From positions 61,628,001 to 61,692,000 of the forward strand of contig OZ360241.1 in NCBI GenBank assembly GCA_977017645.1: 64,000 bases of DNA. Reading direction: 5' to 3'. Under the pieces are notes generated by a model that searched no databases, was not told the DNA's origin, and saw only the letters and a program-made list of their open reading frames with translations. The stretch comes from Torpedo marmorata. Taxonomy: Eukaryota. Numbering within the stretch: position 1 is the stretch's first letter; the number at the start of each line of letters is the position of its first letter. Shown here piece by piece: positions 1-13,700 of the stretch. Made by a program: the position numbers and the translations under genes.

Positions 1-1720
1 TTACCATCCAGATCATTGATATAGATGACAAACAACAACGGTCCCAGGACCGATCCCTGAGGCACACCACTAGTCACAGGCCTCCAGTCTGAGAAGCAAT
101 CATCCACCACTACTCTCTGGCTTCTCCCATCCAGCCATTGTCGAATCCAGTTTACTACTTCATCATGAACGTTCCTGACTAACCTCCCATGTGGGACCTT
201 GACAAAGCCATTAATAAAGTCCATGTTGACAACATCCACAACCTTTCCTTCGTCAACTTTCCTGGTAACCTCCTCGAAAAAACCTATAAGATTGGTTAAA
301 CATGACCTACCACACACAAAGCCATTTTGACTATCCCTAATCAGTTTCTGGCTATCCAAATATTTGTATATCCGATCTTTTAGAACACCTTCCAATAACT
401 TACCTACTACTGACGTCAGGCTCACTGGCCTATAATTTCCAGGGTTACTTTTGGAGCCTTTTTTAAACAATGGTACAACATGAGCTACCCTCCAATCCTC
501 CGGCATAACACCCTTGGCTAAGGACATTTTAAATATTTCTGCCAGAGTCCCTGCAATTTCAACACTAGCCTCCCTCAAGGTCCGAGGGAATATCTTATCA
601 GGCCCTGGGGATTTATCCACCCTCATTTGCTTTAAGACAGCAAGCACTTCCTCCTCTTTAATATGTATAGGTTCCATGACCTCACTGCTTGTTTTCCTTA
701 ATTCCCACGACTCTGTGCCTGTTTCCTGAGTGAATACGGATGAAAAAAAAACCATTTAAGATCTCCCCCATCTCTTTTGGCTCCATACAAAGCCAACCAC
801 TCTGATCTTCAAGGGGACCAATTTTGTCCCTTACTATCCTCTTTCTCTTAATATACCTGTAGAAACCCTCAGGAATTTCCTTCACATTGTCTGCCAAAGC
901 AACCTCATCTTTTTTTTGTCTTCCTGATTCCTTTCGAGGTTTTTCTTGCATTTTTTATACTCCACAAGTACCTCATTTGCTCCATGTTGCCTATACACCT
1001 CTCTCTTCTTCTGAACCAGATCCCCAATATCCCTCGAAACCAAGGTTCCCTATACCTGCTAACCTTGCCTTTAATCCTGACAGGAACATACAAACTCTGT
1101 ACTCTCAAAATTTCACCTTTGAAGGTCCTCCACTTTCCTCGCACATCCTTGCCTGAAAACAACTTATCCCAATCCACGCATTCTGGATCCTTTCTCATTT
1201 CCTTAAAATTAGCCTTTCTCCAATTTAGAATCTTTACCGGAGGCCCAAACCTATTCTTCTCCATAATTAACTTGAAACTAATGGCATTATGATCTCTGGA
1301 CCCAAAATGTTCCCCTAGACATACTTCTGTCACCTGTCCTGTCTCGTTCCCTAAAAGGAAATCCAGTATTGCATTCTCTCTAGTTGGTACCTCTATGTAT
1401 TGATTTAGAAAACTTTCCTGAATAGATTTGACAAACTCCAAGCCATCCAACCCTTTTACAGTATGGGAGTCCCAGTCAAAATCTCCTACTATCACAACCT
1501 TATGTTTCCTGCAGCTGTCTACAATCTCTCTACAGATTTGCTCCTCCAATTCTCGTTGACTATTGGGCGGTATATATTACAACCCCATGAGTGTGGTTAT
1601 ACCTTTCCTGTTCCTCAGCTCCACCCATATAGCCTCAGTAGATGAGCCCTCTGGTCTGTCCTGCCTGAGCACAGTTGTGATATTTTCCCTGACGAGCAAT
1701 GCCACCCCTCCCCCTTTCAT
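1..1720 (-). mobile_element. CR1-clade (HER1-like) LINE, degraded ORF2 fragment (APE endonuclease to start of RT), runs off window edge
   Basis: Frameshifted ORFs 1577..1771, 905..1549 and 682..951 give GGGVALLVRENITTVLRQD, VIVGDF, LDFLLGNE and DHNAISF, closely matching the CR1 at 26827-30434; 1-700 continues into RT sequence. Confidence 0.9.
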
Positions 1721-3461
1721 CTTGAAATTTTGTTTATACAGTTTTCCAACATCTGCAGACTTCTTTACCACCTATTTTATAGCAAACTGCATTCACATCC
1801 AGAGCTACCCTCCACCCCCCCCCCCCCCCCACAAGTTATAAATCCAACAAACATCAGAACCTTGAGCCATTGAAGTTCTGTTGATGGAACAGCAAGATTC
1901 CAAAACAACTTGATAGCATCAGAAAATGTGGTTTGGAGAGGATTCAACATATGCCTTAACATTGGCATGTGACTATGTCCAAGGCAAGCAGATTGGGCTT
2001 TGACCCCACACTGCAATGTTGACCTCATGCTACTAAGGCCTAAGTGCACATCTTTCTAACTCAGTCCAAGCTCTCCGCTGAGCTAGCCTTACTAATCTTG
2101 TTCAATGCTGTTGTGCATGATTTGGGGGTTGAAAGTACACTCTCATTTTAAGTACATAATGATAATATTTTGCAATGTTTTGTAAAGGTTTACTGAGCAA
2201 CAACTGCTTGTATTTACACAGCATGTGCTATATTCCAAGCCGCATTGTCAGACAAAATATTGATCCCATGTGGGAATTTGGTGCAGATGACCTAAAGCTC
2301 AAACAAAGATAGAGGGTAGACTCGATGGGCTGAATAGCCTATTTCTGCTCCTGTCTTATGATCTTAAAGGGGCGAGGTTAAGGAAATGAATTCCAGAGTT
2401 TAGGGGCCAGGTAGTGTGAGCAGGAGACCAGAACTTTAAGCGTACAAAGGTCAGGGGAGGGAGCAAGGGTGCTTCAGTTTACGAGGCTACAGGGCTTGTA
2501 AGCCTGAGCCATAGAAGAGGGTGAGCCATGGAAGAGTTTGAAAACAAGGTCCAGAACAGCTTACATTTTGGGTTTACATGAAAGGATTACAGAGACAGAA
2601 CACACGCAACAACAATTAACACTGGGATCAGCAACTTTCAGCAAATTGAAAATAATTAACTTCTGTTTAACCTCTGCTCAAAAATTCCAAAACTATGCAA
2701 ACAGTGAGGCACAAACATTAAGTGCAACATCCAGAGATATTGAATCAACATTTAAAACCATGACAAGTTTATAATTTATAAAAAACTTTCCTTCAGCTCC
2801 TCTGTCGGTCAGTTGACTGTTGTTTGTGACAGCTGCTACTGTGTTGACATAACCAGTGACAATCTAAAAAAAACTTACATAATGGAGAATTATTTATAGA
2901 TCAAGAATTCAGCATTCACAATACTGAAGTGCCCACCATCCTTTGTCCTGTCAACTCAGAGCGTCAAGAGCCACAACAGGTCACGCACAACAATCTAATA
3001 TATCAAGTGTCAGTGGATCACCAGCAAACTTACATGAACGGTGTGAAGCTTTTCATCACACCAAAATTTTAGAATAAGAAATTTACTCCCTCCTGTTGGA
3101 AAATTGTCACCATTTCCAGGCTTCAGCACCTCATCTTCACTCTTCTCTAGCAACTGCAGGCAATCAGGTCCATGTTATGAATCAAAGTTAAGGTTGTATC
3201 TCTAATGCAAATTTCCTGTTCCATCAACACATTTTCTGCTAGTGCTGCTTTGAAGAAATTGACCATTTGTCTGCAGAATTTCAGATTTCCTTTGTTCCTT
3301 GTACTTTACTTCCATTCTGGAACCAATTCATTTAAAATAAACGGAGATAATTAATAAAACAGTATTTCCATCATTCCAGAAAACCACAAAGCATTCTACA
3401 GCCAGGAGGTCTCATTTGGCATGAGATATTTTTAGACTGTCCTGCAACCAGTGAGGATTGG

Positions 3462-4465
3462 CAAGAACATCTCCTCCACAATCTCCATCAGTACCAGACC
3501 ACCACAGGGCTGCATTCTTAGCCCCTGCTCTACTCGCTTTACACCTATGACTGTGTAATTTGGTACACCATTTACAAATTTGCTGATGATACCACGGTAG
3601 GGGTTGTAGAACAAGGGGCAATGATTCAGTATACAGGAGGGAGATTGAAAACTTGGCCGAATGATGCACCAAACAACAACCTCGCAATGTCACCAAAACC
3701 AAGGAGCTGATTATTGACTTCAGGAAGGAAACCCAGAGGTGTACCAGTGATCATTGGGGGACCAGAGGTGGAGAGGGTGAGCAAATTTAAGTTGTTGGGA
3801 GTCACTATCTCAGAGGATCTTTCATGAACCCAACACACTAATGGAATCGTGAAGAAAGCACGTCAGCACCTTCACTTCCTCAGGAATTTGCAGAGGTTTG
3901 ATATGACATTGGAAACCCTGGCAAATTTCTACAGATGTGTGGTGGAATGTGTGTTGACCGGCTGCAACACAGTCTGATATGGGGACATCAATACTGCTGA
4001 GCAGTAAAGCCTGCAAAAGGTAGTAGACACAGCCCAGGACATCACAAGGAAAACCCTCCCCAACATAGAGAACATCTACAGGGAACGCTGCCGTCGGAGA
4101 GCAGCAGCAATCATCGATCCACACCACCCAGCACACGCTCTGTTCTCACTGCTACCATCAGGAAGAGGAAAGTACAGGTACCACAAGACTCACACCACCA
4201 GGTTCAGGAACAGTCGCTACCCCTCCACCATCAGATTCAACAAACTCACTCATTTAAGGCCTCTTACTTTTGCACGTTATTAATTTTTTTCCTCTCTGTA
4301 TTGCAGTTTGTTTACATTTCTTTATTTGCTTACATGTATCCGCATCTTCTTGAGTAGTTTTTTACACTACCAATAAAAGTGGTCATTCTGCCTCACCCGC
4401 AGGAAAAAGAATCTCAGGGTTGTATGTGATGTCATGCATGTACTCTGACATGAAATTTGAACTTT
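3462..4465 (+). mobile_element. Rex1/Babar-like LINE, 5'-truncated and degraded
   Basis: Broken frames encode YTYDC, KFADDTTV, KTKELIIDFRK, KFKLLGVTISEDL and KKARQHL, homologous to the Rex1-like copies at 47131 and 61007; ends in a TGACATGAAATTTGAACTT tail. Confidence 0.8.
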
Positions 4466-6504
4466 GGATGTTAGTTCCATTGCAATTCTGAGGAGTGGAA
4501 GAGGGCAGTTTGTGATGCTCATCATGTGGCATGGCCATCATCAAGTGTCTGTGGCAGCAGAAAAAGATCTTGGTCCACTGTCAAAAAGTTCAAGACAATT
4601 GGGGACAAAGCACCGCAGCGTGAACCGAACACAGACACTTGCATCATGTGCACCCTGCTGGAATCCATGATTCAAAGTTCAACAAACAGCCAAGTAATAA
4701 TGATCAGATAACCCATTTTACAGAAATATGGGAGAAGTCACTGGGAAAAATTTCACTGTTCTCCTTAATATCTTAGATTCTTCAACATCTACCCATGGAG
4801 GCTTAAATGTCATTAGGTTAACAGTTCATCTAGAAGACGGCCCCCTTACTGGCTAGAACTCTTAGCGAGTTGCAAGCCAGAAAAATCCTTCAATGTCACA
4901 AATCCATAAAAAGAGAATATTGCAAACATGTGTCAGTGAGGCAACCTCTGTGGCCAGATACAATGTCAACATTTCAGATTAATGACTTTCCATAGGACCA
5001 TTGCCACGAAACTTCCTCTCTTCACAGATGCTGCCTGATCAGTTTATTGACAGTTTATTTTTACCAAACTTTTTGGAAAGTTACTTAAGTGAATAGACGC
5101 ACATTAAGCACTTGTACCTAAAGTTCAGCTTTTGTAAAATATGACAGAGTTTTGCTACATGTTGGTCCTTGGGACGATGTCTGGTCCTCACTTTTAACCT
5201 GGTCACGAGATGTTGAACTGACCCTCCCAGTCAAATTTAGAGGCCTGGCTCATACTTAAATTCCTTTCCACTGTGTACACATTGCTGGTAATGGCCATCC
5301 TTAATTGCTCTCTGCATGGCCAATTGTTGAAGTTTGGAAGGCAGAGAGGAATCCACCGCTGGAAAACAAAGTGTTGGAAATCCTCAAAACTGATGAAACC
5401 TGAGACATTAACCCAGTTTCTTTTTCAGATACCACCTGCCCCGAGTATTACCGCATCTTCTGTTTTAAGAGCTGTTGAAAGACAGACCTGACCCGTTCAG
5501 AGACAGTCTTTGTAGGACATTAGCAAACAAGATGGAATGCTTCATGATCACCATAATCTAAGAGATATTCTCTCCCTCCCCCCCACCAACATTCAACCCC
5601 ACTCCAGATTATTTAGTTAATTCAATTTAAATTCACTAATTGCCATAATGGAAGTAAATCATGAAAATCTGTAGACACCATGGTTGAAGTAAAAACAAAT
5701 TGCCATAATGGGATTCCTGATCACAACTCGCTGCTTTAATACCACCAATGTTTGCTGTTGTGCATCAGCCAATCACCTTAAAAATCCAACCTAATACTGG
5801 ACATCTTGTAAAAAGATCATTTTAATTTACCCTTCAGTACTTTCCAGATTTTATTTTTGACACTCAGCCTTTGCTGGGAAAAGAATCCAAGCTAACCACT
5901 TAAAGTATTCATTTTTCAGGATCTGCATTCAGGCATTTATTGCCCATCTCCAACTGCCTGAATGTTTGCTTGGCCATTTCATATTGTGCTCAACAGTCAA
6001 CACTAGTTTTCTGAAGGTACCTGAGTAAGAAGGATTTTCTTTTCTGAAGAACTAGATAGGCTTTTATAATAATTACAAAACGACTGGATTAATACAATTA
6101 GTTTTTTTTTTAAATGAGAGGATTAACAAAACTTAAATTCTATTGTTGTTGGGATACAAATTCCTGTTTCAAGATGATTAACTTGTTCAATCACTCCGGT
6201 TTCCTTCCACCTTCCAAAACGTACAGGATTAGTAGGTTAATTGGGCTGCACAGGTTTCATGTGCTAGAAGGGCCTTCTACTGTGCTGTATCATTAACATT
6301 TAAAAAATAACGGAATGGTCTTGGATTCTGTAGAATGCACAACACAAACTAGCCATTTAGTCCAAGTAGTCTGTGCTGCTGTTTATATACCCTTTAAATG
6401 CTCTTGGCCACTTCAACCACTTCCTACAGGATTGGGTGCAACATTCTCATCATTTATTGGAGAAAGGAATTTACCCCGAATTCCTAATGGGATTCACAGC
6501 CAAA

Positions 6505-6790
6505 CTCCTATCATCCAAGGATCCCCACCACCCAGGCCATGCCCTCTTCACTCTGCTACCATCGCGAAAAAGGTACAGGAACCTGAAGACGAGCACTCAG
6601 CGGCACATGGACAGCTTCTTCCCCGCTGCCATTAGATTCCTGAATGAACAATGAACTGCCTTACTTTGACTTTTTCTTGCACTATTTTTTATTTTGTAAG
6701 GTTGTTTATATAAATGTTTGCACTATGATGCTGCCAACAAAGATAATGAATTTCATGACATGTTCATGACAATAAATTCTGATTCTGATA
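6505..6790 (+). mobile_element. Rex1-like LINE 3' end fragment
   Basis: KDPHHPGHALFTLLPSRKRYRNLKT...SFFPAAIRFLN followed by a 3' UTR ending AATAAATTCTGATTCTGA, the same tail as the copies at 47131, 61007 and 62776. Confidence 0.85.
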
Positions 6791-7469
6791 ATCCTCTATT
6801 CAAAAACCCTAATTGGTTCAGCATTGAGCTTGCAGGGTGGTTTTCTGCATCCCTTTTAAAATTACATGGGTTACTGCAAAAATATACTGTGTAACATCTT
6901 GAAGAAAATGCAAATTTTAAAATATTAATAGGAATGATATTATACAATCTGGAAAACCTACCAGTCAAGCGAAGTCCCTAGTGTGCCATAGTAATGGAGT
7001 GTTACTGTATTAGCAACTATGTGGATGACTCCTTGTTCTGGTTAAACACCACCCCCCCTCCCACCACAAGAACTTCAGTGAAGATTCCTCCAAACATTCT
7101 TCCCCAGAGAATAAAAATAGTTACAAGCACTCAAGCTAATTTCATGTACATTTTTAATAAATATTTTTCTTTGACAATTCCTATTTACAATTTGTACAGT
7201 TTTGGTAGGCACATTTGTAGGAGGCAACAAGCTTTAAACAAAACCTCCAGAGACAAATTAAAATGTTACACCATGTACTTTTTGCAGATGCTGTATTGAA
7301 CCCAGTCTGAAAAGTTAGGCAGCAGACTTTTAAAGATGCAGTTCAGAACAGGGCTTTTCACTTGGCAAGACACTATTCATGAAAGTTCAAGTAACAAAGC
7401 TGGAGATGTGCAGCAATTTGAAAAATACCAATAACTATGGCTCATCATTTTGTTGGTTGAAACAATGCA

Positions 7470-7795
7470 CATGAAGTTCAGTCACTGCTGTAATGTCAGA
7501 AACATGGTGGCTAATTTGCCCACAAGCTCCCGCAAAAATAGCAGAGGCAAGTGACCAAGTAATGTCTAGGAAGTGAGGGATGAATGTTGGTCTGGACATG
7601 GGAAGAAAACCTCACTGTCCTTGTGGAATATTTTTCCTCTTCTGGTGGAAATATGATGGAACAGTTGACAGCTGTGAACAATGTCGTACTTCCCTGCCAC
7701 TGCACTAATCATGACATCCAATATTTCATACTCACGATTCTGTTGGTGACAAACCCACCTTGTATACATGGGACTCCTACCCACTGAGATAGGGC
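7470..7795 (-). mobile_element. Ancient Deu-domain-type SINE relic (SacSINE1/AmnSINE-like)
   Basis: GTCACTGCTGTAATGTCAGAAACATGGTGGCTAATTTGCCCACAAGCTCCCGC...GAGGGATGAATGTTGG resembles the reverse complement of the Deu domain as I recall it; weaker relics near 4660-4900 and 11430-11700. Not aligned computationally. Confidence 0.45.
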
Positions 7796-10700
7796 TGGCA
7801 CAAGTGCAAAACTCCAAATACAAATCCAAGGTGCGTTTCCTAAAGCATTGTGGATTTTTAAAAAATGTAATTTAAGAATTGGGAAAGTATTTTGCCTTGA
7901 TAATCTTAGCATGTTCGAACAACATTTTGGTTGAAATTTGAGGCAGCAAAGCATTGAATAGTTTCCTACTGCAGCACGTGTTCTCCTTGGATAAAATATA
8001 GGAAAACAGGACCAAGTACTAATTCTTTTGAATTGTTTTGTCTTTTACTTCAACATTTTGGGTTCAAACAGGTCAGGTCAAATGGAGGAGATCTGAAAAT
8101 TGTTTGGCCATTTAGCTCTGTGCTGAAGCCTGCATAATAGAACATCTTTGCTATGCAGCTGAAGAATGCCAAGAGTTTGTGACCAGAATCTCATTTTACT
8201 CAATGTCTTTACACAAAGACAAACATTTCTCATTCATTAACTGATCATAAAGTTTCAGGGGTAGGATTTCAATAATTGCTCCTGAACAATTTTCCTAATC
8301 ATCTCTCATCCCAGTATGGCAAGCAAATTCAAAAACTAGCCAGGTGAGTTGTTTCCAGCGTCAGTGCAGACAATCAATCACCTGTTTCACACCTCTTGAT
8401 ATCACCACCTCCACATTTCAATCATTTCAAACACATGACCCCTCTTTCACATTTAATTTTTCTGGGATATGATCTGAAAAATACAACCATTGTGCCCCAC
8501 CCCTAGAGTATCAAAGTAGTCACTCTTCCAAATGCAACTCTAGACAGCATGCAAGTTGATCTTGAATTGAGTTATAGCTGAGCCAGATTCTTATTCTCAC
8601 CCAAGAACCATACAAATTCCTTGGCAATGGAACAACCAACAGACAGTGGAGAGAAAGTTGTACAAGCAAATCCAGGCTTCTCATTCAAAGCAATACATGT
8701 TTTATAATGTAAACCATGCTGGAGTCAGAACAATCCTAATATAAAACCTACTGGAACAAGTTTTAAAATCTGAGACTCAAAGTTGTACGCAGTGATCAAA
8801 TCCATTAGGATGAGGATTGCAAATGCAGACTTTTCCCTCACCGTTTAGTAACAAAGACTGCATGTGAAGCCAAATCAGTCCTATCCAGAACTTCAAAATA
8901 GCACTGAATGGTGATTGGGGTGGAAGGAGAATTAGAAGGGAGAAAAAATTGAAAGTTTTCAAGCTTATTATTGGGGTGATAGTAACAAGGGGAACACAAA
9001 CAAAACTGATTATTGCCAGTTAAGCAGCAGAATATGATACATGATAGCAGCAAACATTCAAATTCCTGGATGCAGAATCACATGCTGCGCGAGCTGAATA
9101 CGCAAATAAAAGGGGCACAGAAAAAGATGTAGCTTGTTACTGTCCTGTGGATCTGTGAAATCTAACAAATGACAATATAGACACTATAAAACTGGCCCGT
9201 GTTTGCCTGTCTGAGTGAAAATCAACTAGCTTTCAGCTCAATTCTCATTCAGCAATTTTGTGTCAGGTGTAGTGTGGAAATTAATTATTCAGCCACTTAT
9301 CATAATACTCTTCATTAACACATCTCTTCTGGGCTTGAAAAATAAAGCTGTCATTTTTCAGAACAGAAAATCTTAAAATTAACTTGTCCAGAAATGTGAA
9401 GTTCAGACATGAATTTCTACTTCCCCAACTGAAGCTCAATCGGAAAAAAAAATCAGACCATTACAACAGATAAGTGGGTGGTTGTAATAGCCCCTTACAG
9501 ATCGCAAAGCTCGCCAGAAAAGGCAATAAATGCAAGTTCTTGACATAGCTCAAGACTGAAATTTTCAGGTTAATTGTGTTACATCTTTAATGTCAGAAAT
9601 CGAAGGTTGCCCATGTTCAGAGACCAAACTCAAACAGCTCCTGGTCAATTTTCCTCCCAGAGGTATTTATCAAAGTGAAGCAAATAATACTGGCCATAAT
9701 GCTGGCCTGAACTGCCACAGGATTGCTTACCGACACAAGCAAAAGCTCCACCTTACCAAGCCAAAGCTGGTCCCTTGCACAGATTTCAGGATCTGGACCA
9801 TTCATGAAGCCAGGCCTCAGATTTCCACCCAAACCTTAGTTCTCCAAATGTATTCTCTCATGTTCCAAAAGGGTAAAAAAAAAAAAAAAACATGCTTTTC
9901 CAATGTGAAGAAATGACTCCAGTAAAGGTTTGAGATCTGGTAGAAGCCTCCAAAAAGGGCCTCTGCACCATGTCACAATTCAAGTTTTTCTAAAGCCTTA
10001 CAAAATTTCCCAAGCAGCCTTATCCAACACTGCCTCACAAATGGAAATTCACTGATTGTAACAGGACAACAGGGCAATTTCCAGGCATATTAGCTATTGC
10101 CCACCAAATCTCAGTAATTTAGTCCATTTCATTTGGAGGAAATGTCTGCAGACAGCACAAAACTGCCCATCTCATCTAACTGACACCTCACCAGTCCAAG
10201 TTGTACAATACTTGTAGGATTTGCCTAATGTAGTACAGAGCTCAGCATTCAAAAAGTTCTGATCACAATTTTTAAACCATCACAAGCTCTCACAAGATGG
10301 ACTATATGCAATATGGATCTGACAGCACTGAAGTCTGTTTGGCCAGCAAGGGACAATGCATTTTACAGAAGTGCAAACAGGGGAGACTACTACGTCTCAA
10401 GCTACAGTCTACCCAAGATACCCATCAAATCAATTGTCATTAGTTGTACTTTTCAGCAAGTCAAATTATAGTAAATGGCTAACACCTATTATCTGCTCTC
10501 AACATGTAGGATTTAAGTTTAGAAAAGGGCTCTGTTAAGTAATGTGTGGAGATTTCACAATCATATCGTTTATAGCTACGTGGATATCACAATGGTCTGG
10601 TTCACAGACTCTTCAAATTGCCAGTTTCTTAACTCCAGACGCCAGCACAAAGGAAAAAAGGCAGCATCTCTTCCATTACACTTATTAACTGGAAATATCT

Positions 10701-13700
10701 GGAAAATGTATCATTTTTGTTGCTGGGATAAGTTGATACTGGTACATTAAACTTTTTTTTTAAATGAAAAAGCACTGGATATTGTTGCAGATAAATAATG
10801 TAGTTAGATTGACAGTTGTGTGAGATAATGGAAAATAAGACCATGACCTAGCAAGTTCAAGGGCAGAAACAATCAGCTTGCAATTACATGTCACTGACAG
10901 ATGAACTCATGCAACCTCAAAATGAACATGCACAGCTAAACCAAATAAATAGGAGAGAGAAGGGCATGAAAACTGGACAAGAGTCATGTGAAACTTCCAA
11001 TGGACCACCTTGGTCTGAATAAACTGATTTGGTGCTGTGAATTTTATTTAACATGATCTTAAAATTTTGCATCATGTTCAAGAAGCCAATACCACAAAAA
11101 TGAGGGAAAAGATTTTTTAAAAAATCAAACTCCTTGCTTAAATCATGCTGTTTGGCAATTCGAATCACTGCAGTCAGAAAGGAGACACAGTTGAAATCTA
11201 TGCATTGCTGAACCGAACTGTGCCAACTGTAAGACTGCCGTTTTCATTCAAGCTGTATTGGTCCAATATAGGTGCCTCCTATGTACTAAGTGATGGAAAC
11301 ATCCAGGGTCCCCTTATCTACATGGAACATTGGTGCCAAATAAGCAGCACTTTGACAAGACAGAACATACAGAAATAATGAAATACATGAGAGCACAAGA
11401 GCTGTACTATAATTGTTCCATTAAGTAAAATAAATGAAAGGACTTTCATGTCCATAGTGCCTACAACCTCAGGATGTCCCAAAGAGAAACAACCCTTTAG
11501 TGCATCGACCATTACACATTAGAAAAGCAGTGAAAGTCTGCACTTCAAGGTTGCAAAATTGGCAAAGTGCTCTTGATGAGATAATGTACATATTACTTTT
11601 TGCTGAAATAAACACTGCCAACAACACTAAGAAGATTGGAACAACTCACATCATTAAGGCAGTGCCTCTTACAGTGCATGTTCACCAAGCCTGGCATTGG
11701 TCACCATTTCATATGCTCAATAGATGCCAAGCGATGACAATAGCAGGAGATTGGCTCAAGGGGTGAACTCCACAATTGATAGGTTTACTAGGCTTAAAAT
11801 TTCACAATCACCATGATTGCACCAATTATGATGTTTAAAAAATAGCAAGGTTTTAAACATGAAAGAAACATTTCCGCAAAACAACTAAATTATTCCACTT
11901 AGAAAAACTGCTTAAACACGTCCAGATTATCAGAGGGAACAGAACCAAACTTGGACAGTCATAGAGAATTAGTTAATCTAGTTGATATTCTTTCTTGAAA
12001 ACAAGATCAATCTCTTGCAAGAAGCTTCATGCAAACACAAATATAATTTTTCATACTAATTATAAAAATAACCTCTGGAGAAATAGTTGGGATGAGTAAA
12101 AGTGGAGATTTAGAACATTTAGCTGATCACTGATCACCATTCACAAATGTCACAGCAAGTCTATGCATGAATGATGCTCACCCAGCTGATGGGAAAGGAG
12201 AAATTCTTTTGTTTAGATAAATTAGTATTTGTTTTGAGCAGACTTGGGAAGAAACCTACCCTTTGATAAGGTGATGCACTGATTAGTTAACTCACTGTAT
12301 CATGCCTCAGCCAGCAGTGGTGCAAGAGACTGGGATTGATTAAACACATTAATATCCAATTACCCTCCACTCTTCTAGATAAGTAACCTTATTACCAGAA
12401 GTTTCTACATTCAGTCATGAATTTTGAATCCTCCAGTTCGTAGACTTTAAGTAGATTCTGTAGTCTATCTGCAATTGAGGTTTAGGTAGAATAGTGCTAT
12501 AAATTCTGACCTGCTCCTACTCATTGAATGTAGTGCCAGAAATACTGCCTAGTTTAGCCAAGTTGCAGGCTACATAAAAAAACTTTGCTGTCATATTTAA
12601 AGTGGATTCCCCCCGACTTCCACATGAAGTACATTATAATGAAGAGTTCAAATTTCTTATTAACTATTAGCAATAGCTTCTACAATGAAATTAAACCTTT
12701 CAGTCAATACAAATCATACTACCTTCAATTCAGGAGAAGTGGTATTTCAAAGCTAACATTTAGAAAGACTGTACATAACTTTTACTGAGTCCTGAATCCA
12801 TTGAGGATCCAATGGGGCTTTCCCTTATGGCCCTACACACCCTGATACAGCAATCATCCCACAAAAGTCACAGACTAGGTAGGCCTAACCAGAATGATCA
12901 CGTCCTCAATCAACACAAGTCAATGCTATCCAATAGGAGCTCAGATCATCACAAGAGGATGAGGAATGGATGATTTTCTTCATATTTACCATGTAATGTA
13001 ACAATGCTCAGTTCAACCACAGGCCGACCATTCTCAAATTCTGATCTCACTGTAGACCAAATGATGGAGCTAACCTTTTCTGGGCTCCACGATCACCATC
13101 TTTCAACTATTTTATTTTTATAAAAAAGGTACTATCATGATGCTGAAGTACCAACCACCATTAAGTTGCCACAATTATCTGCCAGCTTACAATAAAGGGA
13201 AGACCAACAGCACTCTGAGCCACTGCCCAAGCTGTCACTAGACAGGTTATGAAGGTCAGCCGGAAACATTTAGACAATCCAGTGAACATTTTGGAACTTG
13301 GTGCAAGATACAACAACCCTAAAAAAAGTGTCAAAAATAATGCCCAACCCAAACTAGCTCTAAAGTAGCATACACAATAAGGCTAACTTGACTGGCACTC
13401 AAGAAAAATCTAGAGACAGTAATCTGAAATATAGTTTGGCATATGATATGTTGATATATAATATATAATTCTATAATTACACAAACTTTTACAGTAAATG
13501 TTACACCAACTATCTTGTTGAATTTTAGTGTACTCTGTTGCAAGTAAAATTACCCTTCGAGGTCTATAATTTTTCAATGCCCACAACGGAACATCAATAA
13601 AGCTTGTTACCCCATCAGATTTTACTCGTCATATGGGTAATTAAATATTAAGTCATAATTTGTCAATTGAAAGTGGTTAAAATGTTCATTTTAAATCATG

